Source of the DNA: Candidatus Bathyarchaeota archaeon
Lineage (GTDB): Archaea; Thermoproteota; Bathyarchaeia; TCS64
Direction of reading: 5' to 3'
Assembly (NCBI GenBank): GCA_963771885.1
Contig: CAVYVF010000002.1
Location: forward strand, 192,001 to 256,000
Length of the DNA: 64,000 bases
Shown: in pieces, positions 1 through 10,372 of the stretch
How positions within the stretch are numbered: position 1 is the first letter of the stretch
Layout of the letters: each line of letters begins with the position of its first letter
Notes under the pieces: generated by a model
The model's database searches: none
What the model was told of the DNA's origin: nothing
What the model saw: only the letters and a program-made list of their open reading frames with translations
Translations under genes and position numbers: made by a program

Positions 1-2
1 AG

Positions 3-374
3 ATATTCGACAGCGCGACCCTCCGGGGGGCAAAGGCGCTTGGCAGGATCGATATCGGTTTCCTCAGGAAGGGGGCGAAGGCTGACCTCGCGGTGGTCGA
101 TATGATGACGATGAACAACGTGCCCTGCCGCGACCCCATCAGGAACCTCATCAATTCGACGCAGCGAAGCGATGTAAGGTTGGTAATGGTCGATGGCGAA
201 GTCCTCGTCGAGAACGGCAGGCTCGTGAATGGTGATGAGGCGAGGCTCGCGGAGGATGTTCAGAGGGCATGCGAGTCGATATACCGTAGGCTACCGGAGA
301 AACACCCCTTAAAGAGGAGCGCCGACGAAGTCTCACCTCCATCACTTAGAAGCTGGGAGGGCGAACCTCAGTGA
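3..374 (+). CDS. Metal-dependent amidohydrolase/deaminase family, C-terminal part (5' end outside window)
   Basis: Frame is open from the window edge: ...SATLRGAKALGRIDIGFLRKGAKADLAVVD...VMVDGEVLVENGRL, a typical amidohydrolase C-terminus. Confidence 0.85.
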   Translation: MFDSATLRGAKALGRIDIGFLRKGAKADLAVVDMMTMNNVPCRDPIRNLINSTQRSDVRLVMVDGEVLVENGRLVNGDEARLAEDVQRACESIYRRLPEKHPLKRSADEVSPPSLRSWEGEPQ

Positions 375-1561
375 GCGGCGGCGTGGAGATCCGCGCCTCA
401 AAGCTAGTCGTGGGGGACGGGAGGGTCTACGAGGACTGCAGAGTCGGAATAAGGGACGGCGTCATCCTTGAAGTTTCACAGGGTCCCCTCCAGGAAACCT
501 ACGATGTAGTACATGACTTCAGGGGCAAAACGATCATGCCCGGCATTATCGACGCGCACGTACACCTGAGGTACGGCCCGAAGAAGGACACTGAAGATCT
601 ACCGGACGACTACCAGGCTATCAGGGCCGTTACCAACATGAGAAAAGCATTGGCTTCGGGTGCGACGACACTGATCGACGCGGGAGGGATACGTAATATG
701 ACCTTCAGCCTCAGGAGAGCCCAAATCGATAGGCTAGTGGAGGGTCCAAGACTCTTCGTCTGCGGAGAGATGATAACGATTACGGGTGGCAGAAGCACGA
801 AGCCGGGTGTGAGACTATACGAGGTTGATGGAGCCGACTCCGCGAGAAACGCAGCGAGGAGGCTTCTGATGCACCACAACGCCGACTTCATTAAGCTGGG
901 GGCGACGGGCGCCATCTCCGCCTCCCATACAGGGCCCAGGCACCCTCAGCTGACCCTCGAGGAGATGACCGTCATCTGTGAGGAGGCACACGCATGCGGT
1001 AGAATGGTCCACGCTCACTGCTATGGGGAAGAGGGAATTCGGAGGGCGCTCGCCTCCGGCGTAGATGTAATTGTACATGGCCAGACGCTCAGTGGAGGGG
1101 ACATCGACACCATGTTAGAAGGTGATAAGATCCTAATCCCCACGCTAAAGCCCTATGTAGAGGCTGTTGAAGCCCATGGGGATAACGCTTCAAAAACTAG
1201 GCTACTTGAGACAGAAGTTTGGAAGGAGACTGAACCCAACTTCAGAAAAGCACTAGCAGCAGGAGTGAAGATCGCCCTTGGAACAGACTCGGGTATGCCA
1301 AAGGTATACTTCGGAGAGCACAGCACTGAACTCGAATATATGGTCCGTTGGGGCATGACAAAAGAACATGCGATAGCCGCTGGGACGATAAACGCTGCTA
1401 AGACCATAGGAATGGGAGACCGACTAGGTACACTGGAGCCGGGGAAAGCAGCTGATCTGCTGGTTCTTGGAAGAGACCCTCTGAAGGATATCTCAGCCAT
1501 CGGGAAAGACCTTGAAGCAATCATGCTCGGTGGAAACTTCATTAAAGAAGTGAAAATCTAA
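371..1561 (+). CDS. Amidohydrolase family protein (Xaa-Pro dipeptidase/prolidase-like subgroup)
   Basis: PGIIDAHVH, DFIKL, VHAHC, GTDSG and G.LEPGKAADL motifs; overlaps the upstream stop. Confidence 0.9.
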   Translation: MSGGVEIRASKLVVGDGRVYEDCRVGIRDGVILEVSQGPLQETYDVVHDFRGKTIMPGIIDAHVHLRYGPKKDTEDLPDDYQAIRAVTNMRKALASGATTLIDAGGIRNMTFSLRRAQIDRLVEGPRLFVCGEMITITGGRSTKPGVRLYEVDGADSARNAARRLLMHHNADFIKLGATGAISASHTGPRHPQLTLEEMTVICEEAHACGRMVHAHCYGEEGIRRALASGVDVIVHGQTLSGGDIDTMLEGDKILIPTLKPYVEAVEAHGDNASKTRLLETEVWKETEPNFRKALAAGVKIALGTDSGMPKVYFGEHSTELEYMVRWGMTKEHAIAAGTINAAKTIGMGDRLGTLEPGKAADLLVLGRDPLKDISAIGKDLEAIMLGGNFIKEVKI

Positions 1562-1685
1562 GTGCTTGAGAGTCTCAGTGTTGTAAGCGCGAGAATATAG
1601 CCGAAAACACACATGCGTAGTGCTCCCTCATCTGTTTAGCTGAAAGTGTGGCTAATCTGAGTGTGTTGCCTTTTGTAGTGTTTAT

Positions 1686-1778
1686 GGGGCTTCATCAGCC
1701 CCGTCGCCATCGCCCCAAGGGGGCGGTGTAGGACTCGCGGCCTTGTGGTCAGAACCTAGCCGCAAGGCTATCGATGGC
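1686..1778. other. GC-rich multi-hairpin element, candidate structured RNA
   Basis: Hairpins GGGGCT-TCATC-AGCCCC, CATCGCCCC-AAG-GGGGCGGTG and TAGCC-GCAA-GGCTA; long-range pair GCCATCG/CGATGGC. Confidence 0.4.
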
Positions 1779-2235
1779 ATGTGAGTTTTTAAGATTCATG
1801 GATTCCAGATACTAATATTATGCTCACGCAACTCATTCACAGATCCCACACCCTTCGTAATTATGCATAAATCTTATCAATCCAAGATTGCACCTGCAAC
1901 TCTACCTTAACCGCTTCATCCCACAAGTTCCATGAAGGTTCTATGCCTAGGTATTGAGGAGATTGAGACTCCTACATTGAGGTCGCGCGCGCCACGAAGG
2001 CTAACCTCACTGAGGCCCTTGACCGAAATGAGGCGGCACTTGGAAGGCTAGACGTCTAAATCCGTAGACATTTGCGTTGACTATCTCCGCGCGCGTGTGT
2101 GCGATAATCGCATTAGCTCGGTAGTTGATATGGTTGATATTTCCTATTCGCATGCGCGCGCGCCCACTTTTCGAAAATATTCATAGAGTAAGCTAAATTC
2201 GAGAACATTCACAATTTAGGCTGTGTGAGTGAATT

Positions 2236-2709
2236 ATGGAACCTTATAAATTACCTAGGATGAGCGAGGCTGAGATTATTGAACTCGTTGACTCACAAAT
2301 GATTTGTCGTATAGCATTAAATGGTGAAGATTACCCTTATCTTGCGCCTTTCCGTTATGTGAAGCGGAATGACACATTATATTTTCACTTCACAGACTAT
2401 GGTAAAAAAATGCGCTTCCTTAAAAAGAGTAAAAAGGCGTGTGTCCAGATTGAAAAGTATAATTCGGATTTAAGTAACTACAGATTCGCTTCATTCCGCG
2501 GACAACTTGAAGAAGTAATGGATGAAAATGAGTATAAAGATATAATAATACTTTTTTCAGAGTCGGGTAAAGAGAGAATATCAACTAATTTCCTTGCCGC
2601 CCATGGGATAAAGCCCGAAGAGGGTTGGGAATCATTCAAATTTTCAAATAAGTATGTAATAATGAAACTTGTCGATATTGTTGAGAAGATTGGTTTAAAA
2701 TCCCCATAG
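2236..2709 (+). CDS. Pyridoxamine 5'-phosphate oxidase-like FMN-binding protein (NimA-like)
   Basis: ICRIAL...PYLAPFRYV...LYFH...GKKM pattern. Confidence 0.8.
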   Translation: MEPYKLPRMSEAEIIELVDSQMICRIALNGEDYPYLAPFRYVKRNDTLYFHFTDYGKKMRFLKKSKKACVQIEKYNSDLSNYRFASFRGQLEEVMDENEYKDIIILFSESGKERISTNFLAAHGIKPEEGWESFKFSNKYVIMKLVDIVEKIGLKSP

Positions 2710-2927
2710 ATCAGCAACCGCGTGCGTATGTTGTTATCCTTTTATTTCTTTCTTCGCACGCCATCTTGAGAAACTTATAGAACGCGTATGAACTATTTAG
2801 AATATTTATGGAGTGCGCGCTTCATTATGAATGGTGGAGACATAAGGAGTACACGCACCTTTATTCAAGGCAAGTATGCAAGACTGCATCTGTAAACAGA
2901 TTTAACGCTACTGATTATCCTATATTC

Positions 2928-4008
2928 ATGACGCATGCGTGTGGTCTAGATGAAGTCTCTACACGCCAATACCAAGAAGGCGACGACGAGGAGATCGTAG
3001 CTCTCTTAAAAGCCTCCTTTCCCTCCTGGAAAAAAAGAAAACAAGCAGTTGATTACTGGCGATGGAGATATGTACGATCACCTCTCAAAACCCACATCGC
3101 CATCTCAACAGTGAAAGGTCGAATTGCTGGCGTGGGGCATTGCATGCAGCTAAAGATCAAACTTGGTGAAAAAATAGTCATCTCTTGTTATGATGACGAC
3201 TATGCTACTTACCAGAAGTATCGAAAAATTGGCGTCTACAAGGCAGTGACCAACCTCACCGATTCCCTCAAGACTGGCGTTGGCGCTGACTTTTGTTACT
3301 GGATTACAACAAACCCAATCGTGTTGACGAAAGCGATGATACACCAGCAGGTAACTTTTCCGACTCCATTCTCCGACTTAGTCAGAATACGTGATGTTGA
3401 TCGTTTCCTAGAGAAGGTGCCCGTAGAGAACCCCCAGACCCTTAAAGTCGAATTCTCTAATGCACCTGCTCCAATTCGTAATATATGATGCTGAGAGAAA
3501 AATCGAGTTTCGTGACTTAGACTTATTTGATGAAGACTTTGATAGATTTTTTGAGAAGATTGTTAATGGCTACGACTACATTATGATGAGAAGTCATCAA
3601 TACATGAATTGGAGATTTACTCAGAATCCAGAGGCCGTGTATAAAATTAAGGCGGCCGAGTTAGACGGTAAGATCGTCGGCTATGTGGTTCTCGAATTTG
3701 AGGATTATAATGGATACTCAATTGGTTCGATATTTGATTTAATTACTTTTCAAGATCGCTATGACCTGGTTTATTCTATCTTTGAGGCGCTTGTAACCTT
3801 TTTTGATTCGACTGGTATTGAATGCATCAGTCTAACTACAATGCGGGGTCATTCCTACCACGAGGCCGCAACATCCCTTGGCTTCATTAACGCCACATAT
3901 GCCTCAGGCTCTCATGTTAGGTTTTGGGGATACAACGACCAATTTTATAAATCCCTTAATAGATTAAAACCAGACAGGATCTTTTTCTCCTATTCTGATT
4001 TCTATTGA
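2928..4008 (+). CDS. Tandem-domain GNAT acetyltransferase, split into two ORFs near 3480
   Basis: RQYQEGDDEEI...YWRWRY...YRKIG in the first ORF; RSHQYMNWRF...GKIVGYVV in the second. Confidence 0.7.
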
Positions 4009-4081
4009 TTACTCACAAATAGTCCATTTGAATAAATATTCACGCGTATTTTGAACCACTTCGCGCACAGCTGGCCTTTCT

Positions 4082-4528
4082 TTATTTGCTCTTGAGGATC
4101 TTCAGCGACTCGTTGATGTGTGCCTTCATGTCGGTCTGCGAACTGAAAATGTACCGGATCAAGCCATCCCTACTTATTATGAAGGTGGTCCTGCCCGGCA
4201 GAAGAAAGCCGGAAACGCCGTAGAGTTTAGCAACCTCGCCACCAGGATCACTGAGGAGAGTGTAGGGCAGGAGATTCGACTCAATGAACTTCTTATGCGA
4301 CTCCACGCTGTCAGCACTCACCCCAATCACCTCCGCTCCCGCCTCCGTGAAGTCCTCAAAGCTGTCTCGGAAGTGGCACGCTTCCCTGGTGCACCCCGGG
4401 GAGAAGTCCTTGGGATAGAAAAACAACACCACTTTTCTCCCCCTGAGGGAAGAGAGCGCAACAGACTTGCCATCCTGGTTATTAAGGGCGAAATCCGGCG
4501 CTTTGTCCCCCAGCCTGAGTTTAGCCAT
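4082..4528 (-). CDS. bcp: Peroxiredoxin, BCP/PrxQ type
   Basis: GDKAPDF, FYPKDFSPGCTREAC; likely start MAKLRLG at 4528. Confidence 0.9.
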   Translation of the reverse strand: MAKLRLGDKAPDFALNNQDGKSVALSSLRGRKVVLFFYPKDFSPGCTREACHFRDSFEDFTEAGAEVIGVSADSVESHKKFIESNLLPYTLLSDPGGEVAKLYGVSGFLLPGRTTFIISRDGLIRYIFSSQTDMKAHINESLKILKSK

Positions 4529-4862
4529 GTAACAGATTTGGGAACAGAAGATAAAAAAAGATCTGCGACAGAAGGGCAATCATCCATGCGTGAATGGTTT
4601 TTGATTCATTTTTGCGCGTGCAGCGCGCGTGCTCATTATTCAGAAAAGTAAGCCCCGGAAACGCTTGCCCTACCCCAGTCTTACCTCAAACTCATCCAGC
4701 CAAGACCTCACTATGACGTAGAAACGCTAGTGGAGATCGAGTTACCTATAACTGCGTCTATTTCAAGTAGTCACGCGCGCAAATGATATATACTCAGTTG
4801 ACAATCACCCATATAAGGTTCATCAATCACTAACTGATGAACCTTGAAAAATTGGGAAACTG

Positions 4863-5189
4863 GTGAAAAGAATGAAGTTTATAGCAGTTCACAAGTGGAC
4901 CAAAGAAACAAACATCGCATGCACGAAAGACATGGTAGCAGGTTTCACAGCCCTACTAAAGGGAGAGACCCCTAAAGACGTAATAATAGAAAACACCTGG
5001 ACAAGAGACGATTATGGCGCCTTCTGCTGTTGGGATGCGCCAAACAAAGAGGCTCTAACAAATCTGTTCAAGAAATGGCTGCCTACCATGTTGAAGTATA
5101 CCGAGTTTATCCCAGTCTCGCAGGCGTTCCCGGCGACTATCGAATATGAGCTTGGTTTACTCAAGATGATTACTGATATGGCAAAGTAG
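4863..5189 (+). CDS. Small hypothetical protein, DUF4242/DUF3303-like
   Basis: FIAVHKW...AFCCWDAPNKEAL; followed by a T/A run. Confidence 0.55.
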   Translation: MKRMKFIAVHKWTKETNIACTKDMVAGFTALLKGETPKDVIIENTWTRDDYGAFCCWDAPNKEALTNLFKKWLPTMLKYTEFIPVSQAFPATIEYELGLLKMITDMAK

Positions 5190-5377
5190 ACTACGTCATT
5201 CCCCTTTTTTTAAAAAAAAATATCCAAGTTTGCACACTTGAGTGAAAAAACGGTTATGATGTAATAGGATTCCAGATTTAATATGCTCCTATCACGCGCA
5301 CCTATGGGCACACACACGAGCATTACGCGTGTGAAAAGATGCGAAGTCTCATTATTCAAAACATATTTCTCTTAACC

Positions 5378-6613
5378 ATGAGGATCAAGGACGTCTACAC
5401 TTCCCCCGGGCTGACAGGCTACTTCTTCGACGATTTAGAAGCAATAAAACAAGGAGCCACATTAGATGGCGCAATATACAACGGAGCACCCGTAACACCC
5501 GGTTTTTCAAAGATAAGGCAACGAGGCGAATCCGTATCAATAATGCTCGAACTTGAAGATGGTAATATTGCCATAGGCGACTGCTCAGCGGTACAATACT
5601 CCGGAATAGCGGGTCGAGACCCAATATTCGCAGCCTCCAACCTAATAGACATAATAAATAATTTCCTTGCCCCAAGACTCACCGGCTTAGAACTAGATAA
5701 CTTTAAATCACTTTGCAACTGGGTCGATGAATTAGAATTATCGGGTAAGAAACTTCACACCGCGATTCGCTACGGCGCCACCCAAGCCCTATTGGACGCC
5801 TTCTCCAAATCGGAGAGTAAGACTATGGCAGAGGTAATTGCTGACTCCTACGGGCTCCAGATCTCACAAAAAATGATACCAATGTTCTCCCAGAGTGGAG
5901 GCGAAAGGTACTCAAACGTAGATAAAATGATCCTCAAGGGGGTAAAAGTCCTACCTCATGGCCTCATCAACAACCCAACACTCGTAGGACCCAATGGAAG
6001 AGGCCTCATCGAGTATGTAGAATGGGTCAAAGATCGCATTATAAAAATTGGTGGTGAGGATTACTCTGCAACTATTCTTCTCGGCGTTTATGGGACACTG
6101 GGCGGGGTCTTCAACAACCTCGAAACAGTGGCGCACTATATTTCTCAACTTGAGAAGACTGCTCATCCTTTTCCGCTATGGATAGAAACACCTATCTTGG
6201 CAGCGAATAAAAAAAGGCAAATCGAAGAATCGAAGTCCCTTAAAAACCATTTAGAGAAACTCGACTCAAAAGTCAAGATAGTTGCAGATGAATGGTGCAC
6301 TAGCCTTGACGATGTGAGAACTTTCTGCGACGAAAGCGCAGCCGATGTCATCAACATCATGACCCCACAATTTGGGACGATCGATAACGCTGTGGAGGCT
6401 GTGCTCTACTGTAAGAAAAGCGGAGTGGGTGCATACGTTGCAGGGTCATGTAATGAGACCGATATATCGGCCCGAGTATCAGCACATATCGCCCTTGCGA
6501 CTAACGCTGAATTAGTTGCAGCGAAGCCAGGAATGGGTGTTGATGAGGGGATCATGTTAGTTTATAATGAGATGCAGAGAGCCCTCGCGATGATAGCTAA
6601 ACATAGGAGATAA
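5378..6613 (+). CDS. Methylaspartate ammonia-lyase homolog with substituted active-site residues
   Basis: GDCSAVQYSG..GRDP, LHTAIRYG, LPHGL, VADEWC, CNETD, KPGMGVDEG. Confidence 0.85.
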   Translation: MRIKDVYTSPGLTGYFFDDLEAIKQGATLDGAIYNGAPVTPGFSKIRQRGESVSIMLELEDGNIAIGDCSAVQYSGIAGRDPIFAASNLIDIINNFLAPRLTGLELDNFKSLCNWVDELELSGKKLHTAIRYGATQALLDAFSKSESKTMAEVIADSYGLQISQKMIPMFSQSGGERYSNVDKMILKGVKVLPHGLINNPTLVGPNGRGLIEYVEWVKDRIIKIGGEDYSATILLGVYGTLGGVFNNLETVAHYISQLEKTAHPFPLWIETPILAANKKRQIEESKSLKNHLEKLDSKVKIVADEWCTSLDDVRTFCDESAADVINIMTPQFGTIDNAVEAVLYCKKSGVGAYVAGSCNETDISARVSAHIALATNAELVAAKPGMGVDEGIMLVYNEMQRALAMIAKHRR

Positions 6614-6777
6614 GGGATCTAAACACCGGTGCGCTTGTACGTTATATGAGGTTAATGCCAAAGAGACTTTGGTATAAGATTTCTCGAGAATAGCTAAGTG
6701 ATACTCTATTAGTAAGCGCTTATTCGAACAAATAGAACTTCCAACTATCCAAAAAATGTATCGTAAACGGGTTTTGA

Positions 6778-7155
6778 TCATTTAGGCGGAATACTTGAAG
6801 TCCAAATATCCCAGTGAAGCCTCCAGCCATCCGGAGTATTCTTCCAGACAACCACATACTTTCCCTTATCCTCAGCGGCTTGAAGCTTCAAATGGTATTC
6901 ACCCATCTCAGTAACAGTGTCCCCAGATCCGACGACCTCGACGGTCTTCAATATTGCATCCTTGAGCCCCATGCCCTTAATCGCTCCGCCCCAGAACTCC
7001 TCAATTGCTTTCCTCCCTTTGATGAAACTCATTCCGGCGGGCATTAGGCAGGCATCATTTGTATAAAGTCCAGATATCGCCTTTGCGTCGCTTCGCCTCA
7101 CAAACTCTCCGAATTTGCCGTTAGCTTTCTCGATCTCCTTCTTGATTTCAACCAT
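6778..7155 (-). CDS. NTF2-like/DUF4440 (SnoaL-like) protein
   Basis: YT.DACLMP...GRKAIEEFW...GKYVVVWK...DGWRL..DIW. Confidence 0.85.
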   Translation of the reverse strand: MVEIKKEIEKANGKFGEFVRRSDAKAISGLYTNDACLMPAGMSFIKGRKAIEEFWGGAIKGMGLKDAILKTVEVVGSGDTVTEMGEYHLKLQAAEDKGKYVVVWKNTPDGWRLHWDIWTSSIPPK

Positions 7156-7346
7156 TTTGTATTCATCTTCTCCTTGTTTCTCGATGAAGGGGGTAACAAG
7201 CGGGGGTGTACCCAATAATTGAAAACACCCTAGTTACTATATATTACTATCCGTTAACGCTTACCAATTAAGGGTTAAATCTAAACTCACCATAGGTGAA
7301 AATTTCATATAACAATATGAAGCTTCCAAAACACATCATGCACACG

Positions 7347-8057
7347 CTATTGGGAAACGAGATGGATTAGATTAGCTGCAACCCGCTCCGCGTATAGACG
7401 CATCTGAGCGTCATTGAGTTTACACTCGGCTAAAACCTGTTCAGGCGTCTTTCCTGCTACGGCAGTAGAGGCGCCCCACACTTCCAGCCAACTTCCGAGT
7501 TCACGACTATTCAGCTCAAAGCGGAACAAGAATCCTCGGATGTTGTTAAACCTGAATCCTTGAATATGGCAGGGTTCCCCCGTAGCCACGAGCTCTCCGT
7601 CCTTCGGTATTTCAAACATGTTTCCGTGCCAGAGGAAGGCTGTGAACTCTTGGGGTATGCCTTCAAGCAACGGGTCACGTATACCTGCCTCGGTGAGCTG
7701 TATCCGATAGCAACCCACCTCTTTGGGTGAGCTGTGAACATTAGCACCGAGCCTATACGCTAGGAATTGGGCACCGCCACATATCCCAAAGCAAGGCTTA
7801 CCGCTCAGCCGTATCTCATCGACGTAATCCCAGAGCTGCTGGAGGAAGTAGAACCGTGGCATCTCGTGGACATCGGGAGCCATCGCACTTAGAATAAAAG
7901 CGTCGAAGCCATCTATTGAGGGATATTTCTCCGGAGGCTGTAATCTATAAGCGTGGAAGATCGTTACCTCTGCTCCGAGGCCGCGAAGGATCTCCGGATA
8001 TATGCCCATAGACTCGATGGGGTCGATTTGAAGTACAAGAATGTGGGCTGGGTGCAT
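7347..8057 (-). CDS. Type 1 glutamine amidotransferase-like protein; catalytic His replaced
   Basis: FGICGGAQ nucleophile elbow; FRFE where the family has FHxE. Confidence 0.8.
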   Translation of the reverse strand: MHPAHILVLQIDPIESMGIYPEILRGLGAEVTIFHAYRLQPPEKYPSIDGFDAFILSAMAPDVHEMPRFYFLQQLWDYVDEIRLSGKPCFGICGGAQFLAYRLGANVHSSPKEVGCYRIQLTEAGIRDPLLEGIPQEFTAFLWHGNMFEIPKDGELVATGEPCHIQGFRFNNIRGFLFRFELNSRELGSWLEVWGASTAVAGKTPEQVLAECKLNDAQMRLYAERVAANLIHLVSQ

Positions 8058-8189
8058 AAAGTACCGGAGTCATTGAGAGTTGAAGATAGTAATAATGCTT
8101 ATTGGAGTTTAAGGAGTTAGCGCGCGTGGCTGGAAACAGGTTTCGATGGAACGCACACGGCCGCGCGTGCGTGGGATGAGTTCGTTAAA

Positions 8190-8204
8190 TGGTGGGATCG
8201 GTGA
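8190..8204 (-). repeat. att-like copy of the tRNA-Pro 3' end
   Basis: Identical to 11958-11972. Confidence 0.8.
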
Positions 8205-8282
8205 AGTCCACTCATTGGAGAGTCTATATTTTAAATAATAATGGGTTTATATGAAATATTGTTCATGTATTTTTTAAAAATG

Positions 8283-9743
8283 TTATGATACTCCCGCAAG
8301 TTTACACATATTCAAATAGCTTTCAAAAGCATACTCAACGTCCTTCTTTGTACTTCTATGATTAGTGAAACAAACCCTAAAGCCTTCAACCCCTCTCACC
8401 TTAGTCAATAGCCCTCCACATTCAAATAACTCAGGATGTGAATATACGATTGGCATGAGTTTAGCATTCTGAGCGATAGTCTCCTCCTCGCTCCACTCCG
8501 GTTTCTTGCAGCGGAAGACCACAACATTGAGAATAACGGGTGCAATCAGTTCAAGACCTGGTTGTTCCACCACTAGCTCAGCGTAATAATGAGCTAACTC
8601 AATATCTTTCTCAATCATTCGCCTGTATTTGTCGACCCCGTGCTCCTTGATACTCATCCATACTTTCAGGGCACGGAGTGGCCTGGAGAGCTCCATTCCT
8701 AGATCCATCATGCTAGGATCGTGTGAAATGTAATCTCCGTGCATCGAGAAAGCCTGATAGTGAGCCGCCTTATCCTTAACAAGAATACAACCAACCCCGT
8801 ATGGCATATACATCCACTTATGCAGGTCGAATGCCAGGCTATCCGCTCGCTCCATTCCCTTGACTAGATGCTTGTATTTTGGAGAGAGCGCAACCCAAGC
8901 TCCGAATGCCCCGTCTATGTGAAACCATAGATCCTGTTCTTGGCAGAAGTCAGCAATTGCGTCGAGGTCGTCGAAGCTGGCGACGTTTGTGGCACCAGCA
9001 CAGCCGATAACCCCGCAGGGAGTATATCCAGCCTTACGATCTTCTTTGACTTTCTCTTCTAGTTCATCGATGTTTATCTTGAAATCGTCATCCACTCGAA
9101 TTTTCCTAAGGTTCTTTGAACCAATTCCCATTACTTCAATTGCTCGCTGTATGCTTGTGTGCATCTCCTGGGAGCCATAGAAAGTAAGCTTGCTTGAGAT
9201 GCCATTTTCTTTGATGTTGCCTCCGGCTTTGACATTCCTAGCTACAATCAGGCCAGTTAGATTTGCGTGGCTGCAACCAGATACGAGTATTCCGGATGAG
9301 TCAGCGGGGTAGCCAAGCATCTCTTTCAGCCAGGATAAAACCTGTAATTCGATCTCCGGCCCTAGGTTGAAGCGGTTGTTTTCTGCTGCTATATTGTTTA
9401 GACCTGACATCCACATATCTGAGAGGGCGCCGAAGGGTGTTCCTTGCCCTAATACTGTATACCAGCATCTAGGAGAACCAAAATGAGGCGTATTGTTTTC
9501 TAGTATTATTTTCTGGAAATCGTCGTAGGTTTTTTCTGCTCCAAGGCCTTCATGAGGTACCTTAGTCTTGAGTTTGCTTAGGATTTCATCTGTGATGTAT
9601 TTGAATTGAGTTTTGGCTCTTATGGTTTCTTGATATGTTAGCATATCTTCGACCATTTGTCTCCCTAGTTTCTTCATCTCGTCCCAGTTTTCAGGGTCAA
9701 GTGTTTCTTCTTTCCGGACAGGCTCCTGTTTATTCTCGCTCAT
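8283..9743 (-). CDS. Group II PLP-dependent amino acid decarboxylase
   Basis: WFHIDGAFG, ADSLAFDLHKWMYMPYG. Confidence 0.9.
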   Translation of the reverse strand: MSENKQEPVRKEETLDPENWDEMKKLGRQMVEDMLTYQETIRAKTQFKYITDEILSKLKTKVPHEGLGAEKTYDDFQKIILENNTPHFGSPRCWYTVLGQGTPFGALSDMWMSGLNNIAAENNRFNLGPEIELQVLSWLKEMLGYPADSSGILVSGCSHANLTGLIVARNVKAGGNIKENGISSKLTFYGSQEMHTSIQRAIEVMGIGSKNLRKIRVDDDFKINIDELEEKVKEDRKAGYTPCGVIGCAGATNVASFDDLDAIADFCQEQDLWFHIDGAFGAWVALSPKYKHLVKGMERADSLAFDLHKWMYMPYGVGCILVKDKAAHYQAFSMHGDYISHDPSMMDLGMELSRPLRALKVWMSIKEHGVDKYRRMIEKDIELAHYYAELVVEQPGLELIAPVILNVVVFRCKKPEWSEEETIAQNAKLMPIVYSHPELFECGGLLTKVRGVEGFRVCFTNHRSTKKDVEYAFESYLNMCKLAGVS

Positions 9744-10363
9744 TTAACACACCTTGGTTGTCGTAGCATGAAGGTCAGTACTGGTCCGTTGGAGCCGAAT
9801 TGCTTAGTCTTTAGAACCTTGAATCCATGGCGCTCGTAGAGAGACGTGTTCACAGGATTTGAGTTTTCTAAATAAGTAGGGATTCTTGTTTCGTCAAACT
9901 TTTTTAATTTATACTTGAGTAGACCTGAACCTAGTCCTCTACCCTGATAGTTTGGGTCCACAGCGATGTATTCGAGGTAACCATGGGGGATGCTTGGCCG
10001 ATTCTCGACAAACGATTGAATCACCTCATTGAACCTATCTACCCTCGCCTCAGTCGTCCATCTCAATATCCTTGGACCGAGAGCCTCAAAGTTCTCAGGT
10101 GATACATCAAGCAGACCCTTACCCGGAGGAAACCATAAGGCGCAGGCCTTCAGATCCTTCGTTGAGTGCACTTCACCCTCGGAATAGGCAATATCGAGAC
10201 AAAATGTGAACAAGTCTCTTAGAGCAGACATCTTTAATCGGTCATCTCGGGTCATCCAACTGACACCGGGATCCGTTTTGAAAGCACGAGCCAGGGTTTC
10301 TGCAAGCTTAGCCGAGTCCCGGGGAGAGGCCGTGAATATCTCTGGATTGCTTGTACTCTGCAT
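9740..10363 (-). CDS. GNAT N-acetyltransferase (puromycin acetyltransferase-like)
   Basis: YLEYIAVDPNYQGRGLGS...YLENSNPVN..LYERHGF. Confidence 0.9.
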   Translation of the reverse strand: MQSTSNPEIFTASPRDSAKLAETLARAFKTDPGVSWMTRDDRLKMSALRDLFTFCLDIAYSEGEVHSTKDLKACALWFPPGKGLLDVSPENFEALGPRILRWTTEARVDRFNEVIQSFVENRPSIPHGYLEYIAVDPNYQGRGLGSGLLKYKLKKFDETRIPTYLENSNPVNTSLYERHGFKVLKTKQFGSNGPVLTFMLRQPRCVK

Positions 10364-10372
10364 TTTCCCACC

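Noticed and set aside
1686..1725. Fluoride riboswitch or hammerhead ribozyme (GGCGATGG...GCTGATGA on the minus strand)
   Set aside because: The required pseudoknot partner and the GAAA core are absent
1900..2059. Possible gene remnant ending ...ARATKANLTEALDRNEAALGRLDV*
   Set aside because: Too short, no start codon, no recognisable family
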